Source: an uncultured Alphaproteobacteria bacterium
GTDB taxonomy: Bacteria; Pseudomonadota; Alphaproteobacteria; MPNO01; UBA830
Reading direction: 5' to 3'
Assembly (NCBI GenBank): GCA_913047365.1
Contig: CAJWUK010000002.1
Location: forward strand, 1 to 62,011
DNA: 62,011 bases
The notes under the pieces: model-generated
What the model saw: the letters and a program-made list of their open reading frames with translations, nothing else
Database searches by the model: none
What the model was told of the DNA's origin: nothing
Shown: positions 8,533 to 18,384 of the stretch, in pieces
Position numbering within the stretch: the stretch's first letter is position 1
How the letters are laid out: each line of letters opens with the position of its first letter
Translations under genes and position numbers: made by a program

Positions 8533-9987
8533 ATGGCCAATCTCGCCTCTCTTCTCGACCATCAGGCAATTCGCAAGCCCGAACACCCCGCTATAATCGA
8601 AAACGGGGAAAGCGTGTCCTACCACGACCTGGCCGTGCGCGTCCGACAGTGGGCGGGTGCACTGGAAAATGCCGGCTTAAAGGCGGGGGACGTTATCGCG
8701 GTTGGGCTGACCGACAGCGCAGATCATATCGTTATGAATTGGGCGGTAGCCCGGATGGGCTCCGTTATTCTGCCCGTCGATCACCGCTGGACCGATGCTG
8801 AAAAGGCAAATGTCATCAAGGGTTTCGGTGCAAAGGCTCTGATTTCCGAGAGCGGTGAGGGACCGCCTGAAATGACAGTTTGGCTAAACGATGATTTCCG
8901 TGCCAAAGCTGCCGCAATTGATCCGGACCGCTCTTTTCCGGAAGACGACGACCTTCCCGTAGTCCTGTCACTGTCTTCCGGTACCACCGGAAGACCCAAG
9001 GGCCCGGCGCTTTCCCATCGCCAGATGCGTGCCCGCTGGTTAACGCAGCTTGTTTCGTTGGGGTTTACCGAGCGGGACCGGTATTTGTCCGCGACACCGT
9101 TATATTTCGGAGGCGGACGTTCATTCACGATGAGCGCAAACTGGTGCGGCGCGACCGTTATCATGTTTCCGCCGCCTTACGAGCCGGAGGCACTTATATC
9201 TGCAGCCGGGGAACATAAGGCGACTACCACGCTGTTGGTGCCCACGATATTGCGTCGTCTGCTGGCTCTGAAGGACGAAGACGCGCTGCTTTTCGAGAAT
9301 TTACGGCTAATGCTGTGCACGGGCTCGATTTTGCATCAGGAGGAACGGGAACAGGTTATTCGTTATCTCTGTCCTGATTTCATCAACTACTACGGATCGA
9401 CAGAAGGCGGCGGCGTGTCGATTTTGGCGAGCGATCACGGCCTGGAAGCCGCGGGATCCGTAGGGCAGGTGGTTTTCGGTACGAACGTGGAAATTGTTAA
9501 TTCAGATCATTACCCCGTCGACAACGGGGAGGTGGGGCTAATTCGGTACAAGGGAGACGGTGTGGCCTCCGGGTTTTACAAGGATGCGGAAGCAGACCGC
9601 GAAGCCTACCGCGATGGCTGGTTTTACCCCGGCGATCTGGGCCGTTTCGATGAAAACGGGTTCCTGTTCCTTGCTGGACGTTCGAAAGACGTAATTATAA
9701 GGGGTGGTGCGAACATTTACCCGGCGGAGGTCGAGGCCGTTCTGCTGAGCCATCCCGATGTGGAGGACGCTGCCGTGGTTGGCGTTCCGTCAAAGGAGAT
9801 GGGAGAGGAAATCATCGCATTCGCGACAGGCGCCGCCGATGCCGGGACGCTGGACGCATATGTTCGCGACCGAATTGCCTCCTACAAAGTGCCGAAGGCC
9901 TTCGTGATGTTGGAGGCGTTGCCGAAAAGCGGTCTCGGAAAGGTCCAGAAAGAAGCGCTGAAAAAAAACGCGGAAAATTTCCTATAA
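8533..9987 (+). CDS. class I adenylate-forming acyl-CoA synthetase (AMP-binding)
   Basis: AMP-binding signature LSSGTTGRPKG, YGSTEGG, GD.G, and a C-terminal K in the GKVQK motif. Confidence 0.92.
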   Translation: MANLASLLDHQAIRKPEHPAIIENGESVSYHDLAVRVRQWAGALENAGLKAGDVIAVGLTDSADHIVMNWAVARMGSVILPVDHRWTDAEKANVIKGFGAKALISESGEGPPEMTVWLNDDFRAKAAAIDPDRSFPEDDDLPVVLSLSSGTTGRPKGPALSHRQMRARWLTQLVSLGFTERDRYLSATPLYFGGGRSFTMSANWCGATVIMFPPPYEPEALISAAGEHKATTTLLVPTILRRLLALKDEDALLFENLRLMLCTGSILHQEEREQVIRYLCPDFINYYGSTEGGGVSILASDHGLEAAGSVGQVVFGTNVEIVNSDHYPVDNGEVGLIRYKGDGVASGFYKDAEADREAYRDGWFYPGDLGRFDENGFLFLAGRSKDVIIRGGANIYPAEVEAVLLSHPDVEDAAVVGVPSKEMGEEIIAFATGAADAGTLDAYVRDRIASYKVPKAFVMLEALPKSGLGKVQKEALKKNAENFL

Positions 9988-10854
9988 ATTATACAATTTC
10001 AATGCATTATCTCTAAGAACTTTACGCTTTGCTGCAGGTTTCCACTCGATATCCTGAATGTCATCCATGGCTCGTTCGGGATCGACGACAGGCCAGTCGG
10101 TTCCAAACATCACCTTGTCCTGTCCGAAACTGTTCATGTAGTGCTTCGTTGCCTCGGGCCAGTGTTTAGGCGCATACGCATCGAGCCCGATATAAACGTT
10201 GGGGTGCTTCCAGGCGACGGAAATCATCTCCTCGTACCATGGATAGCCGATATGTATGCCAACTAGTTTTAGATCGGGAAAATCCATGGCGATCCGGTCC
10301 AGGCAGATCGGACGTCCCACGCTTGGAAGCCGCCGGTGCGGGTTGTAGACGAGGCAATGGCCGACCTGCATTTGGATCGGGATATCCAGTTCGCAGCATT
10401 TTGCATAGAACGGGTAGTATTTTGCTGCATCCGGTGCTTCGTCAAACCAGTGCGGGTATAGATGGGCGCCGACAAAGCCCAATTCGCGGACCGCATGCTC
10501 AATTTCTGCCAGGCTCTCCATGATTTTTGACGGGTCTACCCCGATAAGCCCGGAAAACCGATGCGGATGAGCCTTTATCAGTTTGGCGATATAGTCGGTC
10601 GGGACGTGAGCTGAACCTTGAATGCGAAGATCGCCCGACCGGGAAGCGATCAGGAAGGATCGTTCGATCCCGCAGTTGTCCATCAATTCAATGTAGGCCT
10701 CGACCGGGACACCGTCGCGGTACTCTTCTTTTACCCGGACTTTCTTTCGGAATTCCTTGTCGGTGGACATCCATCCGTTTTCAAGTGTTTCCGGCGTAAA
10801 TGCATTGCAGACGATATCGATTGCGCCGTAATTTTCACCCGCGACTTCGGTCAT
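9982..10854 (-). CDS. amidohydrolase_2 family protein (ACMSD/decarboxylase-hydratase type)
   Basis: 290 aa with the C-terminal FGTDWP motif typical of amidohydrolase_2. ATG at 10854 is preceded by AAGGAGA. The stop overlaps the convergent ACS stop by 6 nt. Confidence 0.85.
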   Translation of the reverse strand: MTEVAGENYGAIDIVCNAFTPETLENGWMSTDKEFRKKVRVKEEYRDGVPVEAYIELMDNCGIERSFLIASRSGDLRIQGSAHVPTDYIAKLIKAHPHRFSGLIGVDPSKIMESLAEIEHAVRELGFVGAHLYPHWFDEAPDAAKYYPFYAKCCELDIPIQMQVGHCLVYNPHRRLPSVGRPICLDRIAMDFPDLKLVGIHIGYPWYEEMISVAWKHPNVYIGLDAYAPKHWPEATKHYMNSFGQDKVMFGTDWPVVDPERAMDDIQDIEWKPAAKRKVLRDNALKLYNL

Positions 10855-11062
10855 TGTTGTCTCCTTGATCTGAGGCAAGGAATATCCCGAATAGGGCAGT
10901 CTGCAAAGGGTCGGGGCCGGCAAATCTCAGACGAATTATTTTTCCATTCTGTAGTCTCCGGGACCAACATTTTGTGATTAACCATTGGGCCGGATTTTCT
11001 GTCGGTTAAAAAAAATTTGTAGACCTGAGTGAACACCTTTTTTAGGGCTCCAATCTATGGTA

Positions 11063-11080
11063 GTAATGTTATAACATAAC
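11063..11080. promoter_or_regulatory. Fur-family (Zur-type) box GTAATGTTATAACATAAC
   Basis: Perfect 12-bp palindrome ATGTTATAACAT, extendable to 18 bp with one mismatched pair. Lies 78 nt upstream of the COG0523 start. The core matches the GTTATxxATAAC-type Zur operators known for proteobacteria. Confidence 0.6.
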
Positions 11081-11154
11081 ATTTTGGCTCTTGGGTCCCA
11101 TGGGATCCAAGAAAGCCCACCAATTCGTAACAGCAAATTGGGAAAACCAATTCC

Positions 11155-12369
11155 ATGAATGCCATCGACCGCCTTCCTGTCACTGTTCTGTCCGGCTTTC
11201 TCGGTGCCGGAAAGACAACGTTGCTTAATCGCGTTCTTAACAATCGCGAGGGACGCCGCGTGGCGGTAATCGTAAACGATATGTCCGAAGTCAATATCGA
11301 CGCAGACCTCGTCCGCGCCGACACAGAACTGTCCAGAACCGATGAAACTCTGGTCGAGATGTCCAACGGCTGCATCTGTTGCACGCTTCGAGACGATTTG
11401 CTTGACGAGGTTCGGCGTTTGGCGGGAGAGGGAAAATTTGACTATCTGTTGATTGAGTCGACGGGCATCTCCGAACCGCTTCCCGTGGCAGCGACTTTTG
11501 ATTTTCGTGATGAGGACGGGATCAGTCTCTCAGATGTAGCTCAGCTCGATACAATGGTCACGGTCGTTGATGCTGTGAACCTGTTAAATGATTATTCCAG
11601 CCACGATTTTCTTCGAGACCGTGGCGAAGTCATGGGCGAAGAGGATGATCGCACACTCGTCCACCTTCTGACCGACCAGATCGAGTTTGCTGACGTAGTG
11701 GTATTAAACAAAATTGACGATGCGACACCCGATCAGGTGGATGCGGCGCGGAAAATCATTCGTAGCCTGAATGCTGACGCGCGGATCATAGAGACCAATC
11801 ATTCGGACGTACCCGCAGAAAGAATTCTGAACACGGGCCTATTTGATTTTCAGAAAGCGCACGAGCATCCGATGTGGGCAAAGGAATTGTATGGATTTGC
11901 AGACCACATACCGGAAACCGAGGAGTATGGCGTTTCCAGTTTTGTCTACAGGGCGAGGCAGCCTTTCGAGCCGGCGAAGATAAATGCGTTGCTGAATGGT
12001 GATTTGCCGGGGGTCATAAGGGCAAAGGGCCACTTCTGGATTGCGACAAGACCGGATTGGGTGGCCGAGTTCTCTCTTGCCGGTGCACTATCAAACATTT
12101 CTCCGCTGGGAACTTGGTGGGCGTCCGTTCCGGAAGAAAACTGGCCTGAGGATGAACAGGCCCTGGCGTATGTGAAGTCCTATTGGCAGGAGCCCTGGGG
12201 CGACCGACGGCAGGAAATCGTCTTTATTGGCGCGGGTATTGACTGGCCTTCTCTCGAGGCGCGCCTCGACGAATGTCTTCTGCCAGAAACTGTGGCATCG
12301 GATACCAGCGGACTTCCCGATTTCCCGGACCCGTTTCCACTTTGGCGGCGGGCCGAGGAGGCGGCATGA
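11155..12369 (+). CDS. COG0523 family GTPase / zinc metallochaperone (ZigA/YjiA-like)
   Basis: Walker [13 protein letters not shown], metal-binding GCICCT (CxCC), NKID switch motif. 404 aa with the C-terminal CobW_C domain. Confidence 0.92.
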   Translation: MNAIDRLPVTVLSGFLGAGKTTLLNRVLNNREGRRVAVIVNDMSEVNIDADLVRADTELSRTDETLVEMSNGCICCTLRDDLLDEVRRLAGEGKFDYLLIESTGISEPLPVAATFDFRDEDGISLSDVAQLDTMVTVVDAVNLLNDYSSHDFLRDRGEVMGEEDDRTLVHLLTDQIEFADVVVLNKIDDATPDQVDAARKIIRSLNADARIIETNHSDVPAERILNTGLFDFQKAHEHPMWAKELYGFADHIPETEEYGVSSFVYRARQPFEPAKINALLNGDLPGVIRAKGHFWIATRPDWVAEFSLAGALSNISPLGTWWASVPEENWPEDEQALAYVKSYWQEPWGDRRQEIVFIGAGIDWPSLEARLDECLLPETVASDTSGLPDFPDPFPLWRRAEEAA

Positions 12370-13025
12370 CGTTTATTCAAGAATTGATAGAAAATAGTTA
12401 TGCCCCGGGCGTGACCGAGACGCAGGTAGGAGAAGGACTTTCCGCGATCCATCGATCGAATTGCGCTGCCGTTGTTTGGCGACGCCACCTCGCTCCCTGC
12501 TTTCAACACTGGATCGATATGCTTAACCCAGAGCGTTTGCCACGCGCCAGGGTCATCCTGAGGTCGGAAGATGTTTTGGACGCCGTGACACAAATTTGCG
12601 AGGCATCCGGTACGCCCGACTGTGCTCAACGGGCCATGCTTATCGAGGATACTTCCACGTTAGCAAGGATTTTTTCTAACCTTGTTCAGTCCCCGTATTT
12701 AAGGTTGCGGTATGATGTGGTCGCTACCGATGCCTGTCGGAAGTTCCATATAGACATGGTTAAGGCTCGAATTATCTGCACCTACAGGGGACCGGGCACA
12801 CAATACCGATTTCTCGAGGACGCCAGGAAAACCGATACACCAGTTTTCAGCGTAGAGACCGGCGAGCCTATATTGTTGCGGGGCAAGCTGTGGCCGGAGA
12901 GCCCTGATGTCAGGCTCAGGCACCGCTCTCCGCCAATAGAAGGGACCGGACAAACGAGGCTCGTGTTGGTTCTTGATCCGATTATGGATCCGGATTCCCA
13001 CTCGGAACAAAAATTCCTTCACTGA
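12366..13025 (+). CDS. DUF1826 domain protein
   Basis: ATG overlaps the COG0523 stop (ATGA). 219 aa with an HID....R..CTY.GPGT block as I remember for DUF1826, a family recurrently next to Zur-regulated COG0523 genes. The track start at 12273 lies inside the upstream gene. Confidence 0.6.
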   Translation: MTFIQELIENSYAPGVTETQVGEGLSAIHRSNCAAVVWRRHLAPCFQHWIDMLNPERLPRARVILRSEDVLDAVTQICEASGTPDCAQRAMLIEDTSTLARIFSNLVQSPYLRLRYDVVATDACRKFHIDMVKARIICTYRGPGTQYRFLEDARKTDTPVFSVETGEPILLRGKLWPESPDVRLRHRSPPIEGTGQTRLVLVLDPIMDPDSHSEQKFLH

Positions 13026-13271
13026 AGTTTCGATTGCCCGGCATCAGTCAATCTCAATAGGTAGTATGTCGCCGCGCCATCTTCACTGGATATCTTAGAG
13101 CTTACGAATTGTTTATCGAGTGCCGGAGTGGCGCGTCTTTTGCGTAACGCACTCTCCGGGTCTTAAAAGTTATGTTTTGTTGCGGTGTTAACCGCAGCAT
13201 TCGCAGCCGGCATGGCCGCAGCCGTCGCCGGTATTGTGACCGTCGCCGCCAGGCGGCGAATTGATCGCACT

Positions 13272-13640
13272 CTATTGTCCCAGGTCAGGAAAAATATGTT
13301 GACCGGCTTCGTCCAGTTGAAGGGGATAGGCGGCAATGACCTGATCTATATGGAGGGCCCCATACAGGTGAGGGAAAAGAATGCCGCCCCGCGAAGGCTC
13401 CCATTTCAGCGCGTCTCCCAGCGAGTCTGCCTCAATCTGAAGCAGGACCAGATCCTGTATGCCCTCTAGGTGGAGGGCCGCGGTTTCCCTGACCTGACCG
13501 GCGGTAGAGAAGTGAATGAAGCCGTCCCGCTGGTCCAGTTCAGAACCGTGGTATCGGCCAGTTTCTATCGCATTTTCCCAGTCTTTCTGACGGCAAAAAT
13601 GAAAGACGTAGGTTTTGTCGGGCCTGATATCGGCGGGCAT
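13272..13640 (-). CDS. DUF952 domain protein
   Basis: Family hallmarks W..A...G.Y, DGFIHFS, DLVLL.I, LKWE, FPHLYG. 122 aa from ATG 13640, typical size. The track start at 13724 adds 28 non-conserved residues. Confidence 0.8.
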   Translation of the reverse strand: MPADIRPDKTYVFHFCRQKDWENAIETGRYHGSELDQRDGFIHFSTAGQVRETAALHLEGIQDLVLLQIEADSLGDALKWEPSRGGILFPHLYGALHIDQVIAAYPLQLDEAGQHIFPDLGQ

Positions 13641-14098
13641 CGTTAAATAACCATCTGTTAATGACGGAATTGTGTTCAGGTTTAACTTGTCCCTTAGGAA
13701 TAGGCCTTTCGTATCATGTTTCAACGCGAAAGGCGGATCCGAGTATGCGTCTGAAATTAATTCATCCGATTTTTTGTTATGGTCGCGTTCGGCGGCAATT
13801 GGCCGTTTCTGTATGTTTCAGGAAAAAACGACCAACCGGATAAGGCCGCCAATGCTGTGAAGGATGCCGTTGAACGGGGAATTGATGCAGCGACCGCGGA
13901 GCAGGCGTACCGTGAGTAAAAGTGGGACACGCACGTGCCGGCACCACCTGTTTTTTTGAAAATGCGTGCATCAGTGTTCGTTGGTGTTCCTTGAGCCTGG
14001 GGCAATCCGGCATAAACGCGATCTTCTGATATCCAGGCCTTGCCGGATGAACGGCGGTACGCTTTAAACCCCGTAGTTCCGAAATTCCGGTTTTTGTT

Positions 14099-14962
14099 AT
14101 GAAATATCCACCGCCCCCGCATCCGGCCCCGACAAAGCCGGCCTTCGTTCCCCCACCCGGCGCCTGCGATGCCCACGTGCATGTTTTCGGGCCGTCGGAC
14201 CGGTTTCCCTATCATCCCAAGACCACCTATACCCCGGTGGATGCGCCAAAGGAGAAATTGCGCGCGCTGCACGGACACTTGGGCTTCGACCGCTCCGTTA
14301 TTGTGCAGGCGACCTGTCATGGTACCGACAATGCTGCGACACTAGATGCCATTGCCACGTCAAACGGGGCCTGGCGCGGCGTTGCGATCGTTGATGAAGA
14401 CTTCACCGAAAAGGATTTCGAGGTACTGCACGATGGCGGCATCCGGGGTATCCGGTTTAGTTTTGCCCGCCATCTCAGCGGTCCGCCTAATTTTGATAGG
14501 GTGCACCGCATTGCCGAGCAGATAGAGGGTTTGGGTTGGCATCTGGTCATATACATAGAGGCCGACGACATCGTCGAATTCAATTCGGATTTGCGCAAAT
14601 TTAAGTTGCCGGTGGTGTTCGATCACATGGTCCGGGTGAAGGTGGCCCACGGATTGGATTCCGCGCCGTTTAAACTGCTACTCGACTTTATGCGAAATGA
14701 AGATGTCTGGGTAAAAATTTCCTGTGCCGAACGCCTGACCCAGCGGGGCGCGCCCTATGATGACGTGGTGCCCTTCGCCCAGGCGGTTATCGAAACAAAC
14801 CCCGACCGCGCCCTTTGGGGGACGGACTGGCCCCATCCTAATCTGTGGGAAGGCATGCCGGATGACGGCCATCTGGTTGACATGATCCCGCGCTATGCGC
14901 CGGACCCGGCCATCCGGCAGAAATTACTGGTCGATAATCCGTCTACCCTTTACGGATTTTAA
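14099..14962 (+). CDS. amidohydrolase (2-pyrone-4,6-dicarboxylate lactonase LigI-like)
   Basis: CDAHVHVFGP...FPY...YTP.DA, VIVQATCHGTDN, RGIRF, VVFDHM, WGTDWPHP. This is the characteristic LigI-type amidohydrolase_2 layout. Confidence 0.86.
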   Translation: MKYPPPPHPAPTKPAFVPPPGACDAHVHVFGPSDRFPYHPKTTYTPVDAPKEKLRALHGHLGFDRSVIVQATCHGTDNAATLDAIATSNGAWRGVAIVDEDFTEKDFEVLHDGGIRGIRFSFARHLSGPPNFDRVHRIAEQIEGLGWHLVIYIEADDIVEFNSDLRKFKLPVVFDHMVRVKVAHGLDSAPFKLLLDFMRNEDVWVKISCAERLTQRGAPYDDVVPFAQAVIETNPDRALWGTDWPHPNLWEGMPDDGHLVDMIPRYAPDPAIRQKLLVDNPSTLYGF

Positions 14963-15888
14963 ACCGGCATCGTCTGTTTTCCCCCTTCTCGGGTCGGGAT
15001 GCCGTTGTCGAATTCCATTGTTCTCCATCGCCATGCATCACCGGCACTGTCGACATAGCCGGCCGTCTGGCCCGGAAAATGCGCGGGAATGACGATGGTG
15101 TCGGTATCGGCGACGCTGGCCAGGATCCGTTTTCGGCTTTCCGCCGCCTCTTCAGGCGATGGGCAGAAGCATGTGCTCCAGTCCGGTTCGACGCATTGGA
15201 GAGCGTGGTGCATCATGTCGCCGGTAAAAATGGCGTGGTCCGATTTCGACCGGAAATTGACGCAGACCTGGCCCGGGGAATGACCGAAGGCAGGAGTGAG
15301 CCAGATACCGTCTTCCAGTTCAAAATCAGCTTCCACCAGTTTGGCTTGGCCTGCCTCGACGACCGGGAGGCAGCTATCTTCCCAGACGACGGAGCGCCGT
15401 TCGTTGCGTTCTTCTTCCAACGCCATCGCCTCCCAGGCTTCGTACTCTTTTTTGCCGAATATGTAGGTCGCGTTGGGAAAGGTGGGAACCCATTTGCCGT
15501 TGATCAGCCGGGTATTCCAGCCGCAGTGATCGACATGCAGATGGGTGCAGAATACGTAGTCGATATCTTCGAACTGCAATCCGTGAGCGGCGAACCCGTC
15601 GAGCCACGGCTGCTTGGAATATTCCAGAGCCGGACCGCGCAGGGGCTTGTGGTCGCCGACGCAGGTATCAATCAGAATGTTGTGTTTTGGCGTCCGCACG
15701 ACGAAGCTCTGATAAGTGATGACCAGTAGATCCTGCGCTGCGTCATAGACCTCCGGCGACATTTTCTTCAGATGGGCGAGGGCGGTTGCCTTGTCGGCGG
15801 TGGGAAACATCACTGTCGGCGCGCGCCAAGGACCTTCGCGTTCGATGAAACTGGATACCAGAATGTCGCCGACGTGAAACGCTCGCAT
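14959..15888 (-). CDS. MBL-fold metallo-hydrolase (lactonase-like)
   Basis: HxHxDH motif in FCTHLHVDHCGWN, with downstream H and D ligands (GHSPG, TGD). 309 aa. Confidence 0.88.
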   Translation of the reverse strand: MRAFHVGDILVSSFIEREGPWRAPTVMFPTADKATALAHLKKMSPEVYDAAQDLLVITYQSFVVRTPKHNILIDTCVGDHKPLRGPALEYSKQPWLDGFAAHGLQFEDIDYVFCTHLHVDHCGWNTRLINGKWVPTFPNATYIFGKKEYEAWEAMALEEERNERRSVVWEDSCLPVVEAGQAKLVEADFELEDGIWLTPAFGHSPGQVCVNFRSKSDHAIFTGDMMHHALQCVEPDWSTCFCPSPEEAAESRKRILASVADTDTIVIPAHFPGQTAGYVDSAGDAWRWRTMEFDNGIPTREGGKQTMPV

Positions 15889-15990
15889 GAAGATCTCTCC
15901 CTGTGTTGGGACAAAGGATAACGATCACAAAGGTCTCTGGCGATATCTGCGGCGTCGGCGTAGCATTGGGGGGCAGATCAGGAGAAAACC

Positions 15991-17211
15991 ATGGATACAG
16001 GCCTCGAACCGACCCGTGAGATACCGGTCAAGGAAATCACAACCCAGACCGACACCCGAGATATTCTTGCCCACTGCAAGTTCCAGGGCGAGAAATATAA
16101 CTTTGACGACATCGTCATCGTCGATACCGATGCCCATCACATGGAAATCGAATCCTGGCGCGATATCTGTAGCTATATCGAGGACGAGGTGCAGCGGCAG
16201 ATGGCGCTGGATCATATGGTTAACCGCACCGGCAGCCCGCCCTATGGAATTAACGGCGATCTGGCGCTGCGCTACCAGGACATCGGCGGGCGTGTTCCGC
16301 ATCAGGCCAAGCTGGGCGAACCGGTGGACGATACTAGTGTTCATCGCGACGTCACGCTAATCCGGCGTGCTATCGACTCATTCCATCTGGACTACATGGT
16401 TGTGTTTCCGACGCCGATGCTGAACCTCGGTATGCACCCGCAGTTCGACATGGAGGCGCTGCTCGGCCGTGCTTACGATAAGTGGTTCTGCGAAAACATC
16501 CTGCCCATGGATCCGAAGATGAAGACGATGCTGTTCGTCCCGTTCAACGATCCGAAAGCCGCGCTGAGAACCGTTGAGGAACTGGGTGATCATCCAGATG
16601 TGGTCGGTTTCATGATTACGTCGGTGCGTCACAAGCCGGTCCATCACAATGATTACATGCCGCTCTACCGAGCGATGGAAGCCACCGGAAAGCCGCTGGG
16701 CTTCCACGCCGGATACAACTGGGCCGATCCGTCGATGGCGCAGATCAACCGGTTTGGCACCATGCACGCGTTGTCGTTCGTGTGGTGCAACGTGGTTCAT
16801 ATGAGCAACTGGGTCATGAACGGCATGCCGGAACGGTTCCCGGGTCTGGATGTAATCTGGATCGAAAGCGGCCTAGCCTGGGTGACCTGGCTGATGCAGC
16901 GACTGGATCATACCTATCTGATGCGATCGTCCGAAGCGCCGATGTTGAAACGTCTGCCCAGCGAATATATGGCGGAGATGTTTTATACCTGCCAGCCTAT
17001 GGAAACCGATCACCGCGAAGCGTTAGAAGTCACCCTTAAGATGATCAACGCCAAGGACCAGCTTCTATATGCGTCCGACTGGCCGCACTGGGATTTCGAT
17101 GCGCCGAGCGTGATCTGGGATTTGCCTATACTGGACGACGATGCCAAGAAAAACATCCTGGGCGAAAACGCCTTGCGTTTGTTCGGGCTGGACCGTCCCA
17201 CGGGAAAGTAA
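15991..17211 (+). CDS. amidohydrolase_2 family protein (406 aa)
   Basis: DTDAHH metal motif, ASDWPHWDFD near the C-terminus, SD CAGGAGAAAA upstream. Divergent from the MBL gene. Confidence 0.85.
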   Translation: MDTGLEPTREIPVKEITTQTDTRDILAHCKFQGEKYNFDDIVIVDTDAHHMEIESWRDICSYIEDEVQRQMALDHMVNRTGSPPYGINGDLALRYQDIGGRVPHQAKLGEPVDDTSVHRDVTLIRRAIDSFHLDYMVVFPTPMLNLGMHPQFDMEALLGRAYDKWFCENILPMDPKMKTMLFVPFNDPKAALRTVEELGDHPDVVGFMITSVRHKPVHHNDYMPLYRAMEATGKPLGFHAGYNWADPSMAQINRFGTMHALSFVWCNVVHMSNWVMNGMPERFPGLDVIWIESGLAWVTWLMQRLDHTYLMRSSEAPMLKRLPSEYMAEMFYTCQPMETDHREALEVTLKMINAKDQLLYASDWPHWDFDAPSVIWDLPILDDDAKKNILGENALRLFGLDRPTGK

Positions 17212-17483
17212 TTCAGTCCTGACAATGGCAATTGCCTCATTTACGTCAGTTTCGGCATTCATGGCCTTCAATTCTCCGAATTCTTGAGCGGGAAGTGTCT
17301 TTAGAATTAGCGTTTTCGGACTAGTTGATGGGTTTGAAAGTCATTAATCCGGCCAACCCCAGGTATTTGGGGAAGCCTTCACCTTAATCCGGGGCACTGT
17401 TACCGAAAAACCCCCGGAAAACAAAAAGACCTCTGTTTAACACCGCTATGAGAGTGAACGCGCTCTTGTAGCCTTACTGACGT

Positions 17484-18380
17484 CTACTGCGCTTTCTGCT
17501 TCCGGTGCCGGTTTTCCGCCTGCGCAATCCATAGTCCGGATGCGAAAATCATCGCGCCGCCGATCCAGACAAAAATGTCGGGAATTTCGGCGAAAATGAA
17601 ATAGCCGATGATCGCCACCCAGATGAGGCGTACAAAATCGATTGGCATGACCACATTTGTGGGCGCAAGCTTGATTGCCAGGTTCATGGTCAGATGTCCC
17701 GCGGTGCCAAACGAGCCGATCAGCGCCAGCCAGGCCAACTGTTCCCAACTCGGCCATTCCCAGACGAATAGGGCGGGGATCAGCGACAGCGGCGTCATGA
17801 ACAGAACCATGTAGGCGGTAATTGTGACCGTTGAATCTGTCTTGCTGAGATTCTTTATGATGATGACAGCGCTGCCCCATGTCAGGGCTGACAGCAGAGC
17901 AAGGATGGGACCGAGGGTGATGGCTTCGAAACCTGGGCGTAAAATGACAATGGTTCCGAAAAAACCGAGAAAAATTGCGATCCACCGCGCAATCCCAACG
18001 GTTTCACGGAAAAAGAAAATTGCCAGTAATGTCGCGAAGATCGGCGCGGCGAAGGATAGCGCAATTGCCTCCGCCAATGGCGTGATGGAAATCGCATAAA
18101 AGAACGCGATCATAGAGCCAATATTCAGTGCCACGCGTCCGAAATGAAGCCCGAGACGGTTGGTCTTCAGCGGTGCCAATCCGTGCCGGAGGAAAAACGG
18201 AAACAGCGCAACCAGTCCGAAGAAATTCCGGAAGAACACGATCTCGAAAGGGTGCATGTCCGCGCTGACATGTTTGATGGTCGAGTGCATCCCGGAAAAC
18301 GAGAGCGTCGCGAACAGCATGAGCGAGATTCCCCGCAAACGGTCGTATTGCGGATCCGTAAAAAACGCGGGAAGGGGCAA
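17484..18380 (-). CDS. DMT superfamily transporter (EamA/RhaT type)
   Basis: 298 aa, 10 predicted TM helices in two EamA repeats. 4 nt downstream of the ACAD gene. Confidence 0.88.
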   Translation of the reverse strand: MPLPAFFTDPQYDRLRGISLMLFATLSFSGMHSTIKHVSADMHPFEIVFFRNFFGLVALFPFFLRHGLAPLKTNRLGLHFGRVALNIGSMIAFFYAISITPLAEAIALSFAAPIFATLLAIFFFRETVGIARWIAIFLGFFGTIVILRPGFEAITLGPILALLSALTWGSAVIIIKNLSKTDSTVTITAYMVLFMTPLSLIPALFVWEWPSWEQLAWLALIGSFGTAGHLTMNLAIKLAPTNVVMPIDFVRLIWVAIIGYFIFAEIPDIFVWIGGAMIFASGLWIAQAENRHRKQKAQ

Positions 18381-18384
18381 ACGG

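Noticed and set aside
13185-13469. 94-aa plus-strand ORF (MLTAAFAAGMAAAV...)
   Set aside because: It is antisense to the DUF952 gene and to the Cys/His-rich tail. The Ala-rich product reflects the complement of Gly/Cys codons.
13921-13960. GCACGTGCCGGCAC overlapping palindromes followed by T7, considered as a terminator
   Set aside because: The palindromes leave no loop (at most a 3-bp stem with a 4-nt loop). The site lies in a divergent promoter region with no upstream gene reading into it.
13757-14320. 187-aa minus-strand ORF across the DUF952/LigI-like divergent region
   Set aside because: It overlaps the 5' end of the LigI-like amidohydrolase gene in antisense. The Arg/Gly-rich low-complexity product has no start context.
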